Shown here one piece after another: positions 52,324 to 62,135 of a DNA stretch of 64,000 nt (its first letter is position 1; each line of letters starts with the position of its first letter). The notes below the pieces were generated by a model. That model was not told the DNA's origin and did not search any database. It worked only from the letters and a program-made list of their open reading frames with translations. A program made the position numbers and the translations under genes. The stretch is from Candidatus Pelearchaeum maunauluense (GTDB lineage: Archaea > Thermoproteota > Nitrososphaeria_A > Caldarchaeales > Caldarchaeaceae), in contig JANVYQ010000003.1 of the NCBI GenBank assembly GCA_030059675.1, positions 32,001 through 96,000 on the forward strand, read 5' to 3'.

Positions 52324-53109
52324 TTGCTGAAACTCATAGAAGGCGCTCCCGCAATAACCCTTGACAAGCCCAAAAGGACACTAGTAGTCTCTGATCTTCA
52401 CCTAGGCTTTGAGGAGGAACTGCTGGCTCAGGGGATTAAGGTTCCGCCACAGAGCTGGAGGATAATACAAAACATAGCGCAACTCGTTAAAAGAGTAGAT
52501 GCAAGCCGTCTAATAATCTTAGGTGATGTGAAACATCAGTTTACAGGACCTTCTAGGCTTGAATGGAGGATGCTTCCTCGTCTTTTTGATGAGCTATGCG
52601 CGGTAGTTAAAGAGATTATGATTCTTCCTGGAAATCATGATGGTGGGATAAGGAAAATATTGAGTGATAAAGTCATCTTTTTACCCACACGGGGCTATTT
52701 CGTTAAGGAGGAAAAAATCGGGCTAGTTCATGGGCATGTATGGCCCTCTAAACAGCTTCTTGACGCTGAGATAATAATCGCGGGACATTTGCACCCGTTT
52801 ATAGCCTTTCACGGAGAGGCTGGGACTGTTAAAAGACGCGTCTGGCTTAGAATGAGAGGCAGCAAAGCCGCGCTAGCTGAGAAGGTACTCAAGAAACCAG
52901 TAAAAAGATACCGTGGAGAGATTACGTTGCTCATAATGCCCAGCTTTAATGACCTACTCTCAGGAACTACGGTAACGAACATTGAGGAGATAAGCAGAGG
53001 CCATGGACCTCTCCTCAGGTCTGGTATCTTCGACTTAGCCAGGGCTGAGGTTATAACTATAGATGGGGCTAGTCTTGGTTGTTTAGCATCACTTGAGCTG
53101 GAGGCATAA
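52324..53109 (+). CDS. metallophosphoesterase (COG1407/ICC-like)
   Basis: SDLHLG, LGDVKH, GNHDG, HGH, GHLHP and MPSFN motifs. Confidence 0.9.
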   Translation: MLKLIEGAPAITLDKPKRTLVVSDLHLGFEEELLAQGIKVPPQSWRIIQNIAQLVKRVDASRLIILGDVKHQFTGPSRLEWRMLPRLFDELCAVVKEIMILPGNHDGGIRKILSDKVIFLPTRGYFVKEEKIGLVHGHVWPSKQLLDAEIIIAGHLHPFIAFHGEAGTVKRRVWLRMRGSKAALAEKVLKKPVKRYRGEITLLIMPSFNDLLSGTTVTNIEEISRGHGPLLRSGIFDLARAEVITIDGASLGCLASLELEA

Positions 53110-53112
53110 GAC

Positions 53113-53463
53113 TTGAGCGACCCCGCGGAGACGCTTCAACAACTCGCACGGGAATATCCATCTCTCTTTGACGAAGCATATCAGGCTGTTAGAGAGGGAA
53201 AGGTAAAGAAATACTGCTTCTATCCAAGCGGTAAGGTGGAGTGGATAGTAGTAGGGAGAAACCGCGACTACCTCATACTCCCAGAAGCCAACTACTGTAG
53301 TTGTGAAGATTTCTTCTTCCGCGTACTAAGCCAAGAAAAACCCATGTGCTACCACATACTGGCCGTCAGAATAGCAACGCTAACAGGCAGATACGAGGAA
53401 ATACAAGAAGCAGACCACTGGCGTAGAAGACTGATAAAAGAATGGATACCCAGAGAGGAATAA
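53113..53463 (+). CDS. SWIM zinc-finger protein (SWS1/ZSWIM7-like)
   Basis: YCSCEDF...CYHILAV (CxC-xn-CxH SWIM motif). Confidence 0.85.
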   Translation: MSDPAETLQQLAREYPSLFDEAYQAVREGKVKKYCFYPSGKVEWIVVGRNRDYLILPEANYCSCEDFFFRVLSQEKPMCYHILAVRIATLTGRYEEIQEADHWRRRLIKEWIPREE

Positions 53464-53498
53464 ACTCTAAAATAGGAAACAACACATAGTGTTTTGGG

Positions 53499-53611
53499 GC
53501 CGGGGTCGGGTAGTCCGGCTAGCTCGCCGGCCTCGAGATCCGCTCTATTAAGCTGGTCAGGATAGCCGGTGGCCTTCTCGGGCCGCGTGGGTTCAAATCC
53601 CACCCCCGGCG
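53499..53611 (+). tRNA. tRNA-Ser(CGA) with a 26-nt intron at about 37/38 (53538-53563)
   Basis: Acceptor GCCGGGG/CCCCGGC plus discriminator G; anticodon stem CCGGC/GCCGG; loop CT-CGA-G; long variable arm; GTGGG-TTCAAAT-CCCAC T arm. Confidence 0.92.
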
Positions 53612-54786
53612 TTTTTCTTATGTGTTCGTCTTTTAAGGAATAGGTATAATGGTAGAGCAATCGTTGCCAGCGGTGCGCTGCCAACTACTAGTATTAAGAG
53701 TCCTCTCAGGATGGTGTAGAGTAGTGTCACGCCGGTTATGAAGGGCTCTGTTGGGTCTATGTCGTGTAGCGTGGGTTTTGCGGGTTGTAGTATGCTGACA
53801 GTTATCTGTGATGTATCTGAAGTTTTTGTCTCCATATTACGTGTCTCCCCCAAAGCTGTTATCTTGGAGATAAGCTCATCAAAAATATCCGCAGGGACGT
53901 TAGCCACGATTTCGCCTGACCATCTCTCATTAGCAACTCTAAGTGAAGACCTTACCACATACCCTCCAGAATCGCGGGCTAGCTTTTCAATAACCGCGAG
54001 TGTGTTTGCCACATCTTGGCTCTCTAGGATTATGAACGCGGAGCGCGGCTTTGTTGGTAGCTGAGCCTGTAGTAGCTCAACCCTAATAGTAGAGAAACTG
54101 ACTGTATTCTCGAGATAGTTTATCCTGCCAGTTAGACGTTCTATCTCTCCCCTCACCCTCTCCAGCTCCCTCTCCATACTCAGCAAATCATCAACGCTGG
54201 CTGCAAGCCTCATGGTTTCCAGTAATCTCTCTTCTTGACGCAGTAGATTATCACGGCGGGCACGTAGGTCTATATATTCCTCGGTAACATCATCGCTCTG
54301 AGTATTCTTTTCCACCACTCGTCCAAGGGTCTCTATGTCAGCTATGGCCTGGTAGAAACTGTTACGTGGAACCCGTATTGTGATCGAGGCTACTTGTTTT
54401 CCATTAATTATAGTTGATGAGGTACCTGCAACGTATCCACCCAATTCTTTAGCCACATTAGCAATCTCATCCATTACATCCCCAACGTTATTTACCTCTA
54501 GCTTAATATTGGCCGTGAACGCTATCATCCTACCCAAATCACCAACTTGATTATCTCTTCTCACAGCATACTCAAGTTGCTCCATTATGGTAGTGGCTGT
54601 TTGAATACGCGTAACTGTTGTAACACCCGATACGGGTTGTCCACTCATCACAAAATCATCTATAGATGCTGGGCGGCTGGCTTGTGGTTTTTGCTAGGTT
54701 AAACTCCCTGCTACCATGCCAACAATTATCAAAATCGTTATAACTACTAGCAGCTTTACATGCTTATTCTTAGCCAACCTGCGCAT
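53593..54786 (-). pseudogene. DUF4349 protein with a duplicated domain; an in-frame TAG separates the N-terminal TM/signal
   Basis: ATG at 54786 gives MRRLAKNKHVKLLVVITILIIVGMVAGSLT, then TAG (54694-54696), then continues in frame into ORF 53593-54651 (GGYV, RVP, DVTEEY.D, V.FSTI motifs). Confidence 0.75.
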
Positions 54787-54815
54787 GTACTCTGATTGGT
54801 TTATGGAGTTGTATA

Positions 54816-54843
54816 GTTCTAGCGTTTAGAACGAAATGTTCTA
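54816..54843. promoter_or_regulatory. alternating inverted repeats GTTCTA-N5-TAGAAC-N5-GTTCTA
   Basis: Three half-sites at 11-bp spacing in the divergent DUF4349/yyaL intergenic region. Confidence 0.45.
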
Positions 54844-54901
54844 GCTGTGTGAGTTGATGCTAAATCCATAAAATACCGCATATAACTATAGTCCCTCTAG
54901 A

Positions 54902-56947
54902 ATGTCTCCCAACAGACTAATAAACGAAAAAAGCCCATACCTACTGAAGCACGCCCATAACCCCGTTGATTGGTATCCCTGGGGAAGTGAGGCTTTTGAA
55001 AGAGCGCGTAGAGAGAATAAGCCTATCCTTCTTAGTATAGGATATTCTACCTGCCACTGGTGTAGTGTAATGGAAAAGGAATCGTTTGAAAATGAGGAGA
55101 TAGCCGAGCTAATAAACAGGAACTTTATTCCGATAAAGGTGGATAGAGAAGAAAGGCCAGATATTGACGAGATTTACATGAGAGCGGTTCAGCTTATGAC
55201 GGGAAGCGGTGGATGGCCTTTAACTGTTTTTCTTACGCCAGACCTCAAACCCTTTTTTGGAGGTACTTATTTTCCACCAAAGAGGCGGGGCGGTCTCCCA
55301 GGTTTTGATGAGATACTTAAAGCAGTAGCTGAAGCATGGAAGACGAAGCATGAAGAGATAATAAAATCAGCCAGCGACGTGACCATGTTTATCCGACAGT
55401 TGTATGACCACAAACAAACTACGCGGCAGCTCTCTCCTGAACCCGTGAATCAAGCTTATGATGCCCTAGTTTCTCTTTATGACAGTAATTATGGCGGGTT
55501 TGGGGGAGCTCCCAAGTTCCCCATGCCCACCTACCTATTCTTCCTCCATAGATTCTACTGGAGAAATAAGGATAAAGTTGCCCTGCGTATGGCGCAGCAT
55601 ACTCTAACCCGCATGGCTCGCGGGGGAATACACGATCAACTCGCAGGAGGTTTTCATAGATACTCAACCGATAGATATTGGATAGTTCCACATTTTGAGA
55701 AGATGCTTTATGATAATGCTCTTCTTGCTAGAGTTTATCTTGAATCATATCAGCTCACTGGAGATAACTACATGCGTAGTGTGGCAGTAAAGACTTTAGA
55801 ATGGATGTTGGGCGATATGAAGAGCAACGAGGGAGCTTTTTATTCTGCCGTTGATGCGGATAGCCCAGAAGGCGAAGGAATATACTATACGTGGAAACGT
55901 GAGGAGGTTCTAGAAATACTTGGGAAGGAAGTGGGTGAGATTATCTGTAAATATTATGGAATAACATATGAAGGGAACTTTGAAGAGAAACGGAATATAC
56001 TAACCATTAGTAGAGAAATAGGCTCTTTAGCTACTGAGTATAAAATGGATGTTAGTGAGATGATAGATGTAATCGAAGAAGCGTCTAGGAGGTTATTGGA
56101 TGAGCGCAATAAGCGTCCGAAGCCCGCGGTGGATGATAAGATTCTTACATCGTGGAATGGTTTAGCTATTTCAAGCTTTGTATACGGCTATAGAGTAATA
56201 GGGGCGGTAGAGTATTTAGAATCCGCCAAAAAGGCAGCAGATTTCATCTTGTCAAAACTTTACGAATCAGATGGTCTGCTCCATAGATATAGAGGTGGTG
56301 AAGCATTAATAAACGCCAAGCTTGACGACTATGCATATCTAGTTGCTGCCCTTCTCGACATATATGAGTCATGTTTTGAAGAGCGGTGGATAGATTGGGC
56401 TATACAATTAAATCAAGAAATGATAGAACGATTATGGGATAAAGAAAATGGGGGATTTTACTTTAATCAAGAAGAGGTAGCTGGAATATCACGTATTAAA
56501 GATGGTTATGATGACGTAGTTCCATCAGGCAACTCCATAGCGGTATACAATCTATTAAGACTCGCGGAGCTAACTGGAGAAACCTCTTTAGAGGAAATGG
56601 CTGAGAAGACCATTAAGGCTTTCTGGGATAGTATAGAACAGGAACCAATAAACTACACTTATATGCTAACGGCTCTCGACTATCTATTTAATGAACGACG
56701 CGAAATCGTTCTAGTTGGCCCGATGAATGAGCTCACGCCCTTTATCAGGGAGGCGCATAAACGCTATTTGCCCAACAGCGTTATAGCTGCTTATGATGAT
56801 AAGGAAAGCGCTGATTTAACGCGGAAGCTTGCTCTCCTCCAAGGAAAGACATCTAGGGGAAAGCTGGCCGCTTACGTGTGTAAAAACTTCACATGCCATA
56901 ACCCTGTAGATACTGTGGATGAATTTCTAAAACTACTGGATGAATAA
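54902..56947 (+). CDS. thioredoxin-domain protein YyaL/SPATA20 family
   Basis: [41 protein letters not shown] and [10 protein letters not shown] motifs. Confidence 0.93.
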   Translation: MSPNRLINEKSPYLLKHAHNPVDWYPWGSEAFERARRENKPILLSIGYSTCHWCSVMEKESFENEEIAELINRNFIPIKVDREERPDIDEIYMRAVQLMTGSGGWPLTVFLTPDLKPFFGGTYFPPKRRGGLPGFDEILKAVAEAWKTKHEEIIKSASDVTMFIRQLYDHKQTTRQLSPEPVNQAYDALVSLYDSNYGGFGGAPKFPMPTYLFFLHRFYWRNKDKVALRMAQHTLTRMARGGIHDQLAGGFHRYSTDRYWIVPHFEKMLYDNALLARVYLESYQLTGDNYMRSVAVKTLEWMLGDMKSNEGAFYSAVDADSPEGEGIYYTWKREEVLEILGKEVGEIICKYYGITYEGNFEEKRNILTISREIGSLATEYKMDVSEMIDVIEEASRRLLDERNKRPKPAVDDKILTSWNGLAISSFVYGYRVIGAVEYLESAKKAADFILSKLYESDGLLHRYRGGEALINAKLDDYAYLVAALLDIYESCFEERWIDWAIQLNQEMIERLWDKENGGFYFNQEEVAGISRIKDGYDDVVPSGNSIAVYNLLRLAELTGETSLEEMAEKTIKAFWDSIEQEPINYTYMLTALDYLFNERREIVLVGPMNELTPFIREAHKRYLPNSVIAAYDDKESADLTRKLALLQGKTSRGKLAAYVCKNFTCHNPVDTVDEFLKLLDE

Positions 56948-56964
56948 CACAAATAGTAGCTTGC

Positions 56965-58143
56965 TTGGCGGCCTATCTGGTAAATTTGAAAAAAGCCCGC
57001 GAAGGCTTCATAGTGCTGCCAATATGCTGGCTCTCTTGGATGTGGAATCATGGTACTCGCGTTGCTGTCCCAGTATTGGCACCGTATCTCACCGAGAAAT
57101 ATTCACTTACAGTGTTTGAGGCCGCGGTTCTATCTGGAATAACCTACCTAAGTTTTTACGGCTTCATGATAGTATCTGGACAGGCGGTAGTGCGTATAGG
57201 TTATAAGCGGTCTGTCGCATTAAGTACTCTTGGAGCTGCTTTTCTCTTCGCATTCGCTGGCTATGCTCCTACTACACTAATGCTCTTCCTTCTACTCTTC
57301 TTAACAGGGTTCAGCCTCTCACTATACCTGCCAGCAGCTATTCCGTGGTTGTCAGGATTATTCAATAGTAGTAAACGTGGTCTTGTGGTGGGTGTTCATG
57401 AATCCGCCGCTCCCACAGGCCAGACCCTAGGGCCTGTCTTTGTGGCTGTGGCAGCTGCTATGCTAGCTTTAGAGCAGGTATTCGTAGCTTGGGCTGTAAT
57501 AGCAGCCCTGGCAGGCGTCTTAATCATACTCCTGGCAAAACCAACACCCTCTATGACCGTCCAGGCAGCGCGCGATGCGCAGCTTATGAGCATAAAGCGG
57601 TTAGGCATTATAATAATAGTAACCCTGGGCGTGCTTATCGGAAACCTGGGCGTTCTCCCAATTATCCCACTCTACCTAGTTAATGTCTTCGGGCTTGAGA
57701 GAGGTTTTGTCGCCACTCTAGTTGGTTTAAGTCGTCTACTTGGGCTCATAGGCCAGCCAGTAGGAGGATACCTATCAGATAGATTCGGCAGACTAACTCT
57801 CATAACAATACTCACGATACTAACTTTCCTCTCAACGGCATACATAGCATATGCACCATTTAACATTCTATACATAATCTTCCTAGTGATACAAGCCACG
57901 GCCACAGCAATGTACTTCCCCGTAGTATACGCACTAATATCCGAGGAAGCAAGAGCCTATGCAAGCATACAGATAGGACGTTTGCTCTTTGTCAGTGGTC
58001 TTTTGGGACCGACCCTAACAGCTTTCGTAATGGGCTACATGGCTGAAACATTCAGCTATACAATCGCATTCACATACCCGCTAATATTCACCCTACTAAG
58101 CGTTGCAGCGGTACCATGGCTGAGGAAATCTCCAAATAAATAA
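56965..58143 (+). CDS. MFS transporter
   Basis: About 12 TM helices; GYLSDRFGR motif. Confidence 0.88.
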   Translation: MAAYLVNLKKAREGFIVLPICWLSWMWNHGTRVAVPVLAPYLTEKYSLTVFEAAVLSGITYLSFYGFMIVSGQAVVRIGYKRSVALSTLGAAFLFAFAGYAPTTLMLFLLLFLTGFSLSLYLPAAIPWLSGLFNSSKRGLVVGVHESAAPTGQTLGPVFVAVAAAMLALEQVFVAWAVIAALAGVLIILLAKPTPSMTVQAARDAQLMSIKRLGIIIIVTLGVLIGNLGVLPIIPLYLVNVFGLERGFVATLVGLSRLLGLIGQPVGGYLSDRFGRLTLITILTILTFLSTAYIAYAPFNILYIIFLVIQATATAMYFPVVYALISEEARAYASIQIGRLLFVSGLLGPTLTAFVMGYMAETFSYTIAFTYPLIFTLLSVAAVPWLRKSPNK

Positions 58144-58221
58144 GCCAAAAAATGTTTATTCGGTCAATAGATTTATCCTAGCAGATATAACAATACAATA
58201 AGGGACGCAGGTGAAATCTCT

Positions 58222-59478
58222 TTGCTGAGCTTTGCCTCACTCAAAGTATGGGAAAAACCAGAGATAAAACGCAACCTCTGGTGGTATTATGAAGTAGCTA
58301 ACAATCGAAAACCCGCAAAATACCTCATATGCAGGCGCATACCAGTTGAGATAAGTCCAGCAAAAGCCGACGAAAACACATTATGGGATGTGCATGAAAA
58401 ACTATCAAAGGAATTCCAAGATTTATTCAATAATATAGTCGAGGGAAAGCTATCCCTTAAAGAGCTCCCTACAGCAAAACCAAATTTTCTCGACATAAAA
58501 GTAGAACTCACCAAAAGAATGTTGAAGCACTGCAATTTCTGTCGGTGGAACTGCAGAGTTGATAGAACGCTAGGTACAAAACATGGTACCTGCCAGTTGG
58601 AGAGTGAAAGCAGGGTATCAAGCTACTTCCACCACAGGGGCGAGGAACTACCAATAAGGGGAACAGGTGGAAGTGGAACTATTTTCTTTACGTCATGTAA
58701 TATGCGCTGCGCGTTCTGCCAGAATGGTGATATTTCGCATGATAAGTATAATGGGGTAATATTCACTCCGTATATGGTCGCGCTTGCTATGTGGCAGCTT
58801 AGATTGGAAGGCTGTCATAACATAAACCTAGTAGGTGGTGAGCCCACGATACACCTGCATACGATAGTTGAGGCTATAAGCTTGCTAAAGTTCTTTAATG
58901 ATAGAAAAACCCTCCCGCAGATAATTGTAGCTAAGGCGGACGGCTTTCTACCGTATAGGATGAATAAAGGCAACGCCCTATATGATGGTGAGTTTAACAC
59001 ACCAATATTATGGAACTCCAACATGTTCATGAGCCGTGAAACGCTCACCATACTTCGTGAGATAGTTGATATCTGGCTACCGGATTTCAAATTTGGAAAT
59101 AATAAATGCGCAGTACGACTTTCTAGGACTCCGTGGTACTTTGAGACCGTATCTAATAATCATAAAACAATTTACGAGTGGGGGGAGAATATAGTGATAA
59201 GGCATCTAGTGATGCCTAACCATGTAGAGTGCTGCACTAAGCCCGTTCTTAGATGGATAGCAGAGAACATGCCAGGGGTTCTCGTCAATGTGATGGACCA
59301 GTATCACCCTGACTGTGCATGCAACCCAAACGACCCAAATTATGACCCGCGGTATAGTGATATGGCCAGATACCCAACGCGGGATGAGGTGTTGGAGGCG
59401 TATAGGTATGCTCGGGAGTTGGGAATTCCGTTTGAAGAGATAACTTTTGAGAGGTCGGTGTATGGATATAATGTTTAG
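58222..59478 (+). CDS. radical SAM protein, PflX-like (COG1313)
   Basis: C..C...C.VDR, GSGTIFF, CNMRCAFCQN, DFKFGN and RHLVMP.H motifs. Confidence 0.88.
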   Translation: MLSFASLKVWEKPEIKRNLWWYYEVANNRKPAKYLICRRIPVEISPAKADENTLWDVHEKLSKEFQDLFNNIVEGKLSLKELPTAKPNFLDIKVELTKRMLKHCNFCRWNCRVDRTLGTKHGTCQLESESRVSSYFHHRGEELPIRGTGGSGTIFFTSCNMRCAFCQNGDISHDKYNGVIFTPYMVALAMWQLRLEGCHNINLVGGEPTIHLHTIVEAISLLKFFNDRKTLPQIIVAKADGFLPYRMNKGNALYDGEFNTPILWNSNMFMSRETLTILREIVDIWLPDFKFGNNKCAVRLSRTPWYFETVSNNHKTIYEWGENIVIRHLVMPNHVECCTKPVLRWIAENMPGVLVNVMDQYHPDCACNPNDPNYDPRYSDMARYPTRDEVLEAYRYARELGIPFEEITFERSVYGYNV

Positions 59479-60803
59479 GGATGTAGTCGGAATCTGTCGC
59501 GTGGGAATAATATGGTCTCGCGTATGTTTGTTCTTCTGGTTATGACCATCATCAGCCGCTCAAACCCAAGCCCCCAGCCGGCATGTATTGGCATGCCATA
59601 GTCATAAACCTCCAGATGGTACTTAAATGACTCTGGATTAAGTCCCTGCTCTTCCAGCCGCCTCATGAGCAGCTCCTTCTCCCAAATCCTAGTACCACCA
59701 GAAGCCAGCTCAAGCCACTGATACATCAGGTCAAAAGACTCGCTTATCTCAGGCTTATCGCTCCGCGGCTGTATGTAAAATGGCTTTATCCGCGTGGGAA
59801 AGTCGGTTATAAAGTAATAGCTAGTGTGCTTCTTTGCAAGCGCTCTTAGGTGAGGTGTTCCAAAATCCTCGCCCCACTCTAGAGGCTGGCCCAAACCGTT
59901 GAGCTCGTCAAGGAGCTGCTCATAGGTATATCGTGGAAACGGTAGGGATGGAATCTTAAGACGCACATCGAGGGATTTAAGCTCCTCAGAATTATTCCGC
60001 TCTATCCACCTATATACATAAACTATGAGCTCTTCAAGAAAACGCATAACATCATCCATATCAGCAAATGCAATCTCTATATCGACTGAAGTAAATTCGC
60101 TTATATGTCTGCGCGTATGTGATTCTTCTGCCCTGAAGAATGGCCCCATCTCAAATACGCGCTCAAAGACCGTGGTGAGCTCTTCTTTATAGAGCTGGGG
60201 GCTTTGCGCCAGGTATGCTGTTCTATCAAAATACCTGACCTCGAAGAGGGCTGCTCCTCCTTCTGTGGCAGTCCCTATTATCCGCGATGTTCTAACCTCG
60301 GTGAATCCATGCTCATGGAAGAAGTCGCGTATAGCCTTGTTTACGCTACTGGCAAGAGTGAATACCGCCCTATTCTCGGGTTTTCGTAGGTCTAAAATCC
60401 TATGCCGCAGTCGCGTCTCCATACCTGCGGAGACTTTTCCCGTTACGTCGTAGGGTATTTGCTTGGCCGCCCTGCTCAGTATAGCGAGTCTGCTCGCTTT
60501 AACCTCTACACCCAACCTAGCCTTTGGCTCCGCTGAGACTCTACCATTAACATAAAGCACAGACTCCAGCCCTATCTCTTCAAGCACCCGCTTCGTATTT
60601 TCGTCAACCTCAGATTTGCGGATGGCTACTTGGCATATACCCGAAGAGTCCCGCAAAAGTATGAAGACGAGCTTTCCTAGGTCTCTTATCTCATGAACCC
60701 AGCCCAAAAGATGGACTTCCTTACCATCGTTCTCTGGCCTTACATTCCGCGCCATAGTGCGCTGTGAGATTATCTTCTTTAGGTCTGGTCTACCCAAGCC
60801 CAA
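59475..60803 (-). CDS. aspS: aspartate--tRNA ligase (archaeal type)
   Basis: TEGGA, LAQSPQLYKE, FRAE.S.T.RH, ELASGG.R and GWGLGFERL motifs. Confidence 0.95.
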   Translation of the reverse strand: MGLGRPDLKKIISQRTMARNVRPENDGKEVHLLGWVHEIRDLGKLVFILLRDSSGICQVAIRKSEVDENTKRVLEEIGLESVLYVNGRVSAEPKARLGVEVKASRLAILSRAAKQIPYDVTGKVSAGMETRLRHRILDLRKPENRAVFTLASSVNKAIRDFFHEHGFTEVRTSRIIGTATEGGAALFEVRYFDRTAYLAQSPQLYKEELTTVFERVFEMGPFFRAEESHTRRHISEFTSVDIEIAFADMDDVMRFLEELIVYVYRWIERNNSEELKSLDVRLKIPSLPFPRYTYEQLLDELNGLGQPLEWGEDFGTPHLRALAKKHTSYYFITDFPTRIKPFYIQPRSDKPEISESFDLMYQWLELASGGTRIWEKELLMRRLEEQGLNPESFKYHLEVYDYGMPIHAGWGLGFERLMMVITRRTNIRETILFPRDRFRLHP

Positions 60804-60827
60804 CGGGTTAAGTTGAATAGAAGTCAG

Positions 60828-61376
60828 CTAATGAGTCTTACTCCTCCTATAGCCTCTTGACCGCCGTTCAAAATCTATCCTCAGATTTATGCCCTTAACC
60901 TGCTTAGCCACAACGGCAGCGGCCTCGGGACTTATCTTGAGATTCCGCTCCTCATCAAGTATTATGCGCGTCTCCTCCGTTTGGTCAGGTAGCCATATCT
61001 TATTTACCGCCATAATCCTAGCAGGTGCTACCAAAAGTTGGAGAAACTTATTACTATCTTTAGAATCCTCAAGAAGCTTAACCTGGAGCTTGGTTAAATC
61101 ACTTATCCTTTTCCTTAGGTTGGATTGTTGAGGATATGGAATTTTTGAAAGGTCGCCTTCTTTAAAAATAATGAAGAGCAGTGTGTTGTATTCTACGCTT
61201 TTTTTGTATGTTATTCCAGCCAGCTGTGGTATCTGCTTCTCCATGTCCATTAACAACCGCATTACCTTTAGGTCTGCCTCTGTTATCTCGCCGCGGCGTA
61301 TTTTATCTTCACACTTCGGGCAGAATATACCTGACCTTAGGTCGAATGAGCAGACTGGGAACTCCACGCCGTGCAC
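60828..61376 (-). CDS. NusA-like KH-domain protein with N-terminal Zn finger
   Basis: PVC.FD..SG..CPKC N-terminus, ..PAR...VN..WLPD.TE motif, and location next to alba. Confidence 0.7.
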   Translation of the reverse strand: MHGVEFPVCSFDLRSGIFCPKCEDKIRRGEITEADLKVMRLLMDMEKQIPQLAGITYKKSVEYNTLLFIIFKEGDLSKIPYPQQSNLRKRISDLTKLQVKLLEDSKDSNKFLQLLVAPARIMAVNKIWLPDQTEETRIILDEERNLKISPEAAAVVAKQVKGINLRIDFERRSRGYRRSKTH

Positions 61377-61410
61377 CCTTCAAGGCTCCCCAGGCCCCCG
61401 TCAGCTAAGG

Positions 61411-61692
61411 TCAGCGCGAAACAGTAATCTCTATTGTACTAACGTTCAGCGTCTGCCCTGTCTGGCTCTGAACCTGCTCTGTACCTATCTTTATGTCCTT
61501 CACCTTAAGGTCTTTGAAGAACCTGTTTTGCAGTATCTGGACGACATCTACGGCCCTGCTTATTGCCCTGCCTCTGGCCTTGATTACAACCTCGTTTGAG
61601 CCTGACTGGATTGTCGCCAGACAGGCTAGAACATAGTTCATTATCGGTTTCTTGCCCACCAACACTGTTGTAGCTAATTGCCGACTCTCCAT
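61411..61692 (-). CDS. albA: DNA/RNA-binding protein Alba
   Basis: [24 protein letters not shown] and VSTIEI motifs. Confidence 0.97.
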   Translation of the reverse strand: MESRQLATTVLVGKKPIMNYVLACLATIQSGSNEVVIKARGRAISRAVDVVQILQNRFFKDLKVKDIKIGTEQVQSQTGQTLNVSTIEITVSR

Positions 61693-61822
61693 ACACCATC
61701 ACCGTCTTACCAATAGGGGCGCAACCCACTTATTAAACTCCTGAATAAATAGGTTACGTACAGCCGGGGGAGTAACACCTTTAACCGAGAACTTCACGCA
61801 GTAGGCAAGAGGTGCTTGGAAA

Positions 61823-61984
61823 TTGCCGAGAAGGGATGCCGCCCTCCTCCAAATAGCGCAGAGAAGAAGGTTGTTGGTCAAGATTTGCAGAGAATGCGGC
61901 GCTAGAAACGCTCCTACGGCCGAGAAATGCAGAAAATGCAAGAGCTACAACCTTAGATGGAAGAGGCGCGAGATTAAGCGCTGA
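61823..61984 (+). CDS. rpl40e: 50S ribosomal protein L40e (not in ORF track)
   Basis: TTG start; ..KICRECGARNAPTAEKCRKCKSYNLRWKRREIKR. Confidence 0.95.
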   Translation: MPRRDAALLQIAQRRRLLVKICRECGARNAPTAEKCRKCKSYNLRWKRREIKR

Positions 61985-62038
61985 CGGCCAAAAACCGCAG
62001 GACATTATTTATTAGACTAGCAAGAATGAAGAGAAGAT

Positions 62039-62131
62039 GGGGCCGTGGTCTAGTGGCTATGACGCCGCCCTTACACGGCGGAGAGCGGCAAACATGCCCG
62101 CAAGCCGTGGGTTCGAATCCCACCGGCCCCA
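62039..62131 (+). tRNA. tRNA-Val(TAC) with a 20-nt non-canonical intron in the variable loop (about 45/46; 62084-62103)
   Basis: GGGGCCG/CGGCCCC acceptor; CCGCC-CTTACAC-GGCGG anticodon arm; GTGGG-TTCGAAT-CCCAC T arm. Removing 20 nt restores a 5-nt AGGCC variable loop. Confidence 0.9.
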
Positions 62132-62135
62132 CCTT

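Noticed and set aside
20423-54696. In-frame TGA/TAG codons (livG 20423, malK 37185, DUF4349 54694) as Sec/Pyl recoding or an alternative genetic code
   Set aside because: They replace ordinary residues (Gly, Gln) in operons with other lesions; TGA and TAG end many intact genes here; no sel/pyl genes are present in the window.
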